From IMG/VR virus record IMGVR_UViG_3300025120_000033: a stretch of DNA of 64,000 nt. One strand, written 5' to 3'. Position 1 is the stretch's first letter. The number at the start of each line of letters is the position of its first letter. This DNA comes from an uncultured virus (IMG/VR IMGVR_UViG_3300025120_000033). Lineage: Duplodnaviria > Heunggongvirae > Uroviricota > Caudoviricetes. Below, in pieces: positions 1 to 7,100 of the stretch. The notes under the pieces were generated by a model, which saw only the letters and a list, made by a program, of their open reading frames with translations, was not told where the DNA came from and did not search any database. A program made the translations under genes and the position numbers.

Positions 1-589
1 CATTTGTAGAGCCTTGACCTGTCAGGATAAGACCTTCTGCGGCTGTAAAGCCCATCGCCGCATTATCACCGGCGGCAGTATCACCCGTTGCTTCGACAGT
101 CGATCCCGTGATCACGCCAGAGGCGGTTAGGGCTGCAACCGTTGTTGTGCCGGTGAGGTCAAGGTCTGTAAACGCATCAACCACTGCTGCGCCAGATCCT
201 GCGCCGTCGAGGTATACGGCTTTGACTGCGCCGTTGGCAATATTGACTGTTGCGCCACTGCCTTGCTTGATCGTGATGATCTGAGATCCAGTCGTAGTAT
301 TCTCAATGAACATCAGTCGGCTGACGGTGTTGGGCGCGATTGTTAGTGTTCTTGTCGCATCCAAGGTAGCAGAGCTTGTGACCTTGAAGTAAATCGCCCT
401 TGCCGGATCTGCTGCACCGTCAGCAACTGTGGTAGTCGCGTTGGCGTTTGACGCAAAACAATCTTGCGTCCCAAATCCAAGCGCCTCGCCGATCAGCTCA
501 AGGTTAGTATTTGTTGTTGTTCCCCACGTCCCGCTGCCCTCACCCGTGGCAAGTTCTGTGAGTCTTAAATCGTTTACATACGTTGCCAT
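1..589 (-). CDS. Tail fibre/tail structural protein, N-terminal part (runs off window)
   Basis: ATG at 589, open to the edge: MATYVNDLRLTELATGEGSGTWGTTTNTNLELIGEALG..., Thr/Ala/Gly-rich; not in ORF track because it is truncated. Confidence 0.75.
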   Translation of the reverse strand, partial: MATYVNDLRLTELATGEGSGTWGTTTNTNLELIGEALGFGTQDCFASNANATTTVADGAADPARAIYFKVTSSATLDATRTLTIAPNTVSRLMFIENTTTGSQIITIKQGSGATVNIANGAVKAVYLDGAGSGAAVVDAFTDLDLTGTTTVAALTASGVITGSTVEATGDTAAGDNAAMGFTAAEGLILTGQGSTN

Positions 590-601
590 AGGGTAAATCC
601 T

Positions 602-907
602 CTAGCTTGTCAAGATATCATTGTAGTTGGGAGTCTGCTCGGTATCAATCTGTTCATATATATTTACGGTGCCAACCCCCAGAGTGCCTGAAACACCCGT
701 TGGGCGCACGTTTAGGCTACTCGTAAAAGTTGTTGCGCCGATCGAAAAGGTTGTCCCGACCCCAACAATTGGAAAAAAGTTGGCCGTCCGAAAAGATAGG
801 GTGCCAACGCCCATAGTCATCGCAAGACCTGCAACGTCTACTCCGTCAGGATCTCCAAATGGCCCGTCACCCCAAGCCTGTCTGCCCCAACCCGTAATCT
901 CTGTCAT
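602..907 (-). CDS. Small virion/tail-associated protein
   Basis: GWGRQAWG motif, beta-rich Gly/Thr composition, directly upstream of tail fibre. Confidence 0.6.
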   Translation of the reverse strand: MTEITGWGRQAWGDGPFGDPDGVDVAGLAMTMGVGTLSFRTANFFPIVGVGTTFSIGATTFTSSLNVRPTGVSGTLGVGTVNIYEQIDTEQTPNYNDILTS

Positions 908-916
908 CGGTCACCT

Positions 917-1708
917 TTATGCTGCGGCTGACATACCCTGAAATTTGCGTTTTAAAATGCGTCGCACTTGATGATACGTCATATCTGCGTTTATGTGAAG
1001 AGAGTTCACCTCGACGGCTATCCTCTTAGAACCCAGACCCCTGCGCTTGAGGGCGTAGATTGTCCTGAGCACCTCCTGCTCCGATTCGATTTCCACTAGC
1101 TTTGTGCGCTTTTTGTTGCCGTGCTTCTCCTCAACCGCCTCGTATCCGTAGGGAACACCGCCGCCAATGTGGTATCCGCGTGACGCCCAGTCCACCTTGC
1201 CGTCTCCGAATCGATCCTTAATCGTAGCGTGCTCGATCTCGGCAACCGCCGCGAGCACCATGATCATTATCTCATTTGCCATACGACTCATGTCAAACTT
1301 TGACTTCAAGCCGCGCTCCTTTGTCTCCTTCGGATAGACAATGGGCATCTCGCCGAACTGCTCGCAGAAATACAGGGCGATGCCGACATCTTCGAGCACG
1401 GGTATTGTGCTCAGCAGGTCGCCAGATGAGCGCGAGAGGCGATCCAACTTAGTGCAGATAACAACGTCGTATCTGTCGATCACGTCTGTAAGCTCACGAC
1501 TTGCCGGTCGGTCGAGTATCGGGCGCGTGCCGGAGATGCCGTCGTCGATAAAAAACTTGGTCACGTCGCGGTTGTACTTCTGACGCACAAACTCGCTGAT
1601 GTGGCGCTGCTGTACCTCTATTGATACGCCTGAGCGAACCTGCTCGCGGGTGCTAACGCGCACATAACCGTAGATGTGGTTGACCTGCTTGAGGGGTGTT
1701 ATGCTCAC
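917..1708 (-). CDS. Serine recombinase (resolvase/invertase family)
   Basis: YGYVRVSTREQ catalytic motif, DDGISG, RP, KLDRLSRS; C-terminal GGGVPYGY plus HTH-like end. Confidence 0.9.
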   Translation of the reverse strand: MSITPLKQVNHIYGYVRVSTREQVRSGVSIEVQQRHISEFVRQKYNRDVTKFFIDDGISGTRPILDRPASRELTDVIDRYDVVICTKLDRLSRSSGDLLSTIPVLEDVGIALYFCEQFGEMPIVYPKETKERGLKSKFDMSRMANEIMIMVLAAVAEIEHATIKDRFGDGKVDWASRGYHIGGGVPYGYEAVEEKHGNKKRTKLVEIESEQEVLRTIYALKRRGLGSKRIAVEVNSLHINADMTYHQVRRILKRKFQGMSAAA

Positions 1709-1938
1709 TTTATTCCTCCCGTCAGACCCTGCACGGTAAGATCTTCGTGCAGGCGTTTCCAGTTGATATCCAACGGCAGATAGTTATCCGCGTGATGACT
1801 AGCAAGCGTCTCGCCGTCTTTAATCAGATCTACGCCCATATAACACTTTGGGACGCCATCGTATTCGATGTCAATGTCGTGCTTGGCGCAGGTGCGCCTC
1901 ACACGATTGTAGTACACCTTCTTCTCTTGCGCGTTCAT
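1705..1938 (-). CDS. Hypothetical protein
   Basis: 77-aa ORF with 4-nt overlaps to both neighbours. Confidence 0.7.
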   Translation of the reverse strand: MNAQEKKVYYNRVRRTCAKHDIDIEYDGVPKCYMGVDLIKDGETLASHHADNYLPLDINWKRLHEDLTVQGLTGGIK

Positions 1939-2054
1939 TGCGCCACCTCTTCAGTTGTGTAGCACTCAGCTTTGGTCGGGCGCTTGTAGAAGCCAAACTT
2001 TGGGTCATCGTCTGAAGGCTCAACTGCAGCAAGAGCAGTAATAAGTTTTTTCAT
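1935..2054 (-). pseudogene. 39-aa remnant; C-terminal part matches the end of ORF 18262-18867
   Basis: AVEPSDDDPKFGFYKRPTKA vs TVEASEDDNKFGFYKRPTKA; AGGAGA RBS upstream of ATG 2054. Confidence 0.6.
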
Positions 2055-2079
2055 GTCATTTCTCCTTGGGTATGTGACC

Positions 2080-2190
2080 ATTATACATGGCGCGTGTCGT
2101 TGTGCAACAATTTGCAGCAAAATAAATTAATTAAATATTTTTGAATATTAGTGTATAAATAGTTGCACAACGACACGAAGCCTGTATAAT
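2080..2190. promoter_or_regulatory. Divergent sigma70-like promoter pair with TTGCACAACGACACG motif (hub 1)
   Basis: +: TTGCACAACGACACG-aagcctg-TATAAT at 2163-2190; -: same motif at 2093-2107 with TATAAT at 2080-2085. Confidence 0.8.
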
Positions 2191-2237
2191 GGATACCAGA
2201 AAGCAGAGAAACTAGCCCGAAAAAAGGAATACAAAGA

Positions 2238-2429
2238 ATGTTCAAACCAAGAAAATTAAACACAGGCTCTTACCTTGTAAGGATTTGTATCAGGGTTGGC
2301 TATATTGTGAAAAAAACGCAAAACGGTTGGCAGGTTCTGAGTGAAGTAACTGGCGAAGAGGCTTTCCACGGCGGGCCTTACAAAACTAAATGCGCAGCAT
2401 ATAACGCAATTATTGACCACAACTTTTAA
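2238..2429 (+). CDS. Hypothetical early protein
   Basis: AAGGA RBS, first gene after promoter. Confidence 0.65.
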   Translation: MFKPRKLNTGSYLVRICIRVGYIVKKTQNGWQVLSEVTGEEAFHGGPYKTKCAAYNAIIDHNF

Positions 2430-2433
2430 ATAC

Positions 2434-2458
2434 AACAGCCCCTTCGGGGGCAAGGAGA
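2434..2458 (+). repeat. Hairpin-RBS cassette element (GCCCC-TTCG-GGGGC-AAGGAG)
   Basis: One of 8 copies; others at ~3138, 3405, 17943, 18143, 19561, 20262, 54614. Confidence 0.8.
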
Positions 2459-2463
2459 AGGGC

Positions 2464-3132
2464 ATGAACGATAGAGCAAAGATGTTGGATAGAGTCGCCA
2501 AGCTACTGGCTATGGCGAAGCACTCAGCGTCCAACGAGAACGAGGCGTCGATAGCGTTGCGCCGAGCCGAGAGCATGATGCGTAAGCACGATATCCAGTT
2601 CGCCGAGCTGAATGCTCAGACACTCAAGGGCGACGACATGATCCAAGCTGACACTGGTGAGTCTCGCAACTCTCTGTGGGTGTGGAACTTGGCTTGGTCG
2701 GCTTCATATTTGACAAGCACAATGCCGACTAAAAGAGGAGGCGGTATCAAGTTCTGCGGAACGAAGGAGGATACTCAGGTGGCTGCGATGATGTTTGATT
2801 ACTTGGTCGCAGTGACCGAGCGCTTAGCTAAGAAGTTTGACGGCACTCGCGGTGAGCGCAACAGCTTCAAAGTAGGTGTTGTGTGCGCAATCCTTGAGCG
2901 CTGCAGGGCGATCAAAGCGGAGCGCGAGGATGAGCTGAGCCAAGCGACAACTGGCAAGGATCTTGTGGTTGTTAAAAAGGATCTGATTGTCAAGCAGTTC
3001 AATCTGGCATACAGGTCAGGAGGATCTTGGAGCATTGGCAGCAACAACGGCTTCAGCAGCGGTTACAAGCAGGGTCAGGGCGTGTCTCTCAACAACCAAG
3101 TGGGATCAACTAGCCGAGCGATGATCGCGTAG
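2464..3132 (+). CDS. DUF2786-domain protein (copy 1)
   Basis: MLDRVAKLLAMA...NENEASIALRRAESMMRKH; paralogue at 19590-20255; start set at ATG after the hairpin-RBS. Confidence 0.8.
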   Translation: MNDRAKMLDRVAKLLAMAKHSASNENEASIALRRAESMMRKHDIQFAELNAQTLKGDDMIQADTGESRNSLWVWNLAWSASYLTSTMPTKRGGGIKFCGTKEDTQVAAMMFDYLVAVTERLAKKFDGTRGERNSFKVGVVCAILERCRAIKAEREDELSQATTGKDLVVVKKDLIVKQFNLAYRSGGSWSIGSNNGFSSGYKQGQGVSLNNQVGSTSRAMIA

Positions 3133-3167
3133 GCACCAACCGCCCCTTCGGGGGCAAGGAGAAAGTC

Positions 3168-3395
3168 ATGGAAATTATCAAAGGTAAGCCAATCCCTGCG
3201 AGGCACGGCAGGTCTAAGAAGTACGGATTTGTCTATGAGATGGAGTATGGCGACTGCGTTGTCGTCAGCGATGATGTTGAGAAGCAAAAGATCTCCGCCG
3301 CTATACGCAACTCAGATCCAAAGTGCAAGGTTGTTACTCGCACGGAGAAGCCTGACGGCGTGTGTGAGATCACGATCTGGAAGGTCAAGAAGTAA
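3168..3395 (+). CDS. Small hypothetical protein (copy 1)
   Basis: MEIIKGKPIP...KYGF; near-identical paralogue at 18951-19178. Confidence 0.8.
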   Translation: MEIIKGKPIPARHGRSKKYGFVYEMEYGDCVVVSDDVEKQKISAAIRNSDPKCKVVTRTEKPDGVCEITIWKVKK

Positions 3396-3435
3396 TTTAA
3401 ATTTAACAGCCCCTTCGGGGGCAAGGGGAATTAAC

Positions 3436-3717
3436 ATGAAGACTAATATCTCGATTGATCTGAATGATCAACAGCGCAGCCACCTCGCCGGTGTCTTTCA
3501 CGGCAAGGCGAGCAAGAAGATGATCTCTAGGAAGGAGCTGAATGATCTGATGCAGCTCATGGTGAACGATCTGCTAAACTTAGACGTGGGTGCGCCAAGG
3601 GAGGTTGTGACCGAGCGTATATCACGCGAAGGGTTCAGCTATCGGTTTAACGATGTCGAAGTCTCAGAGGAGCAGTACGAAGGTGGCATTCAGGCGTGGC
3701 TAGGGGTGGAGGCGTGA
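3436..3717 (+). CDS. Hypothetical protein (copy 1)
   Basis: MKTNISIDLND...AWLGVEA; paralogue at 33010-33297. Confidence 0.75.
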   Translation: MKTNISIDLNDQQRSHLAGVFHGKASKKMISRKELNDLMQLMVNDLLNLDVGAPREVVTERISREGFSYRFNDVEVSEEQYEGGIQAWLGVEA

Positions 3718-3812
3718 GCATCATAGCTAGAGTCTTTGACCTAATATTAGCGGCACTTGCAATGCCGCTGATCTATGTCCTTGTCGTCTTTATTTTTGCG
3801 ATGGTAGAATGA
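3714..3812 (+). CDS. Small hydrophobic (membrane) peptide
   Basis: GTG start, MSIIARVFDLILAALAMPLIYVLVVFIFAMVE, 4-nt overlaps on both sides. Confidence 0.5.
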   Translation: MSIIARVFDLILAALAMPLIYVLVVFIFAMVE

Positions 3813-3964
3813 AAGCGGAGACGATAGACTGGGATATGGCTGAGACTGCGCAAAGCTCTGATGATTTCTGCGATGCGCACGACAGTCGCTTGATCGACGA
3901 TGGCTCTGGCGACAGAGGATGCTCGGTCTGCCGGCAGATTATTGAGGAGTGTCAGCGTGACTAA
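3809..3964 (+). CDS. Small CxxH...CxxC zinc-finger-like protein
   Basis: MKAETIDWD...CDAH...CSVC; translationally coupled. Confidence 0.55.
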   Translation: MKAETIDWDMAETAQSSDDFCDAHDSRLIDDGSGDRGCSVCRQIIEECQRD

Positions 3965-4142
3965 CAAATTTATCGCGCACGTCAGAATATTCGGCGAGTC
4001 TCCAGAGAAGCCAGAGCTGATTCAGGATGCTATGGAGAAGGCGATTAACATGGTCTTCGACGACAACGTGATCGCTCACACAGAGGTCTTGCTGTTGACC
4101 GAGGTAGACTTCGAGCCGCTACCGTCGTCTATGCTTCACTGA
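3957..4142 (+). CDS. Hypothetical protein
   Basis: GAGGAG RBS then GTG; MTNKFIAHVRIFG... Confidence 0.6.
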   Translation: MTNKFIAHVRIFGESPEKPELIQDAMEKAINMVFDDNVIAHTEVLLLTEVDFEPLPSSMLH

Positions 4143-7100
4143 CTAGCCAAAGATATCTATATCGTCGAGAGATACTATTCCGCCTGCGGCTAGGCTTATA
4201 CCAACCTCTTCTTCGTCAAATTTTTTCTTGACGCCAGATTTTTTTTCTACAGAAAGTTTTTCCGACAAATTCTCTAGGCCACCTGCCTGAACCTCCTCTG
4301 GTGATATCAGTGATCCGCTGATAAGCGTAAAGGCTAGAGCGCCCGGCGCTAAGCCAGTAAGAGAGTTTATGTCTACGCCCCTATCCTCCATGCGCCGCAA
4401 TATATTTTCTGTCACCGTGCCGCCGTAAGGCTTCATCTGCAGCGCTCTTATTTCTTCGGTTGTAGGCTTAGCCGGATCCTTAACTTTTTGTTGTTTAGCT
4501 CCGAGCCTAGCTTCTGGTATGAGGTCAAATATTGTAGCCTCGCCTGCCTTTGGCAGGGATCCAATGCCTTCGCCGGGTACTGCGAATGGGTATGACGGGT
4601 GCGTTGACGCTGTCAGACCTTCTCCTGTGTATATCCTTCCAACATTCTGTATTCCTGCGTCTTTAGCCAGAACCTGCGGTGGGTCTGTGTTGATCAGTCG
4701 GGCGGCACCGATTGACAGTCCTCCCTTTTTCCTGAACTGTACGTCCATCATGTTCATTAATTCTTTTCTAACCGAGTCGGGGGTATTCCTCCAGACTTCA
4801 ACGGAGGACGGGTCATCAACACCCTTCCATCCCTGTATCATACGCCCTTGGTTAACCCTCTTGCCTTGTACCATAGAGCCGACAGTCTTAAAGTTTTTTA
4901 TTGCCTTATCTAGCGATCGTTTTGTAGACTTATTCATGTTAGCCGAGGCAAAACCAAGCATAAGCTCGCCCGTGGTGGTAGAGAAGTCTCCGCCAGTGGG
5001 TGCCATACGCCAAGGCAAGAACAGGGGGTCGTTGCTAGATTTTTTCATCTCAGCAGCCATCTTTAGTATGTCGTTGGCAGGTTTTTCTGCAGATGCCCAC
5101 ACTTGATTTGGGTTCTCGAACATAAAACCTTGACCGCCACGCAGGTCAACCGCACGATACAGGGGCACGCCATCTATACCCAATATCAGGCCACCCGCCC
5201 TTGTGCGGTCTGACATAGACGTAATAAACTGCTCGCCCTCAAGGTCTGATAACCTCAATACTTTAGGGTCGATGCTTTCAGCCCTAGACTCAATCTCGTA
5301 TCTAAGATTATTTAGCCTATCTATTTCTCCAACGCGGGGGTCAAAGCGCTCGTCATATTTGCGCTCTGGGTATATTTTTTTGGGCCTAGATGACGGCTTG
5401 GAGGGAAGTTTGTCTGCCGCCTTTGCAGCCGCCCTCGCAACTCTCATGGGCGCAACTGCAGCCATCAGGGGTGGGATCAAGTCTCCAATACCGCCTGCTA
5501 TCTGCAGGCCAGAGTCTATGATCTCTCTATTGCGGATGTTTTCTGCTAATGATGGGCCTCTCGGCCCAACAATCATCTCAGCAGTGGTCATGTTCGGGTC
5601 GGTGGGGAAGGCGGCGTACTCGCCGAAGATATCTGCCATCCCACTGTACGGCAAGAATCCGCCGCCAATGTTTGCCGCCTGAGCCGGAGAGAGGCTTGGT
5701 GCCTCCCGCTGCAGGTTGCTCATCGATGGATCCCTGACCAGGTCGGACACGGAACCGCCGAGGTTGTAGCCCTCTGGTGTATCGCGGGTTATCTTCAGGC
5801 TCTCGGCATATTCGGGATCCGTCTGATTCAAAATCTCTTCGCGCATATCCCTCTGTCGTCGCTCTGGCGCTCTCAGATACTTAACAGCCTGCAGTTCATC
5901 TGCCGTTATGACCTTCGCATCAACTAATTTTTTCGCACGGCTCACGTCAAGGGTTTTGTCGATGATGCCGTCGTCTGACTTGTGATAATCCTTGAGAGAG
6001 TCCCGCCCCTTTATCCCAAGGGTCTTGAGCACGCGGTCAGGCTTCTCGGAAGCCTTGAGCGATGCTTCAAGAACCTTGTCCCGCATCTGCTTGTCGAAGT
6101 TATCTTCCTTAACCCTGACTCGCTGCATGGCCTTCTTCATCAGATCGCCGGGCGGGCCGGGCACCATCCCCGCCATAGCCGCCATTGTGTTAATGCCCGC
6201 GCCGTACATATCTCCCTCGCTGATCGAGTCAAAGATATCTATACCGCCCATCAGGTCGCCAACCACGGGGGTGAACTCAAGAGCCGTGATCGTGGCGTCG
6301 GTGTTATCGCCCATCATCGACTCGATAATGTCGCGCAGCTTGTCTTTTGCGCTCCGATTATCGACCTCACCCCCCTCAGCAAAAAGCTCAAGGCCCATCT
6401 GTACGCGCTTGCGCATCTCAGGGGTGATGTCTATGGAGTGTACGGTGTCTTCATCGAACTCAAGCGCGTTATCTTTTTTCTTCAGTAGCCTGAATCTTTC
6501 AAGCTGCGCTTCTGTTAGTTTGCCTTGAACCCCTCTTCTTGTTATTAAATAATCATACTCTTCTTTTTCGGCATCACTTAATACTCTGCGCATCCGCTTG
6601 GATGTCAGATTAGTCTTACCAACCTTGACGCCGTCTGGCTTAACTAGCTTGTTGAGCGCGTTGACGTAGGTCTTATCGTAAAACTGCTTCATGCCCTCGC
6701 CGCCGACATCTAGGTCGAGTCCACTAAGGGCGCGGGTGTTAGGCTCGTAGCTGTTGTCCAATTGTTTTTGGTCAAGAAAGTAGTATCGCTCAGCCTCTTG
6801 CTCTGACAGATTAGGAATCGCACGCTCTAAATTTTCATACTCCTGAAGCTGAGATCGGGTTAAGGGTGCGCCAGTAGCGTCCTGATCGAGTAGTTTTTTG
6901 GTCAACTCTTTGCCAATGATTTCTGGAATATCTTTTTCGGGGTCTTCAATTCGTTTGTTTAAGACTCTACTTCCCTCAAGGTCGTAGGCCGTAAGTACCT
7001 TTACAGGTCGTCCCTCAACAATATCTTCCTGATACCTGACGGAACTTACATTCTTGCTCAGGTTGTAGCGATCAGCTTGTTGGCGACCCGTGGTGAGGGC

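Noticed and set aside
2434..3430. GCCCCTTCGGGGGC repeats as a CRISPR array or terminators
   Set aside because: Separated by whole genes rather than 30-40 bp spacers, no cas genes, no U-tracts.
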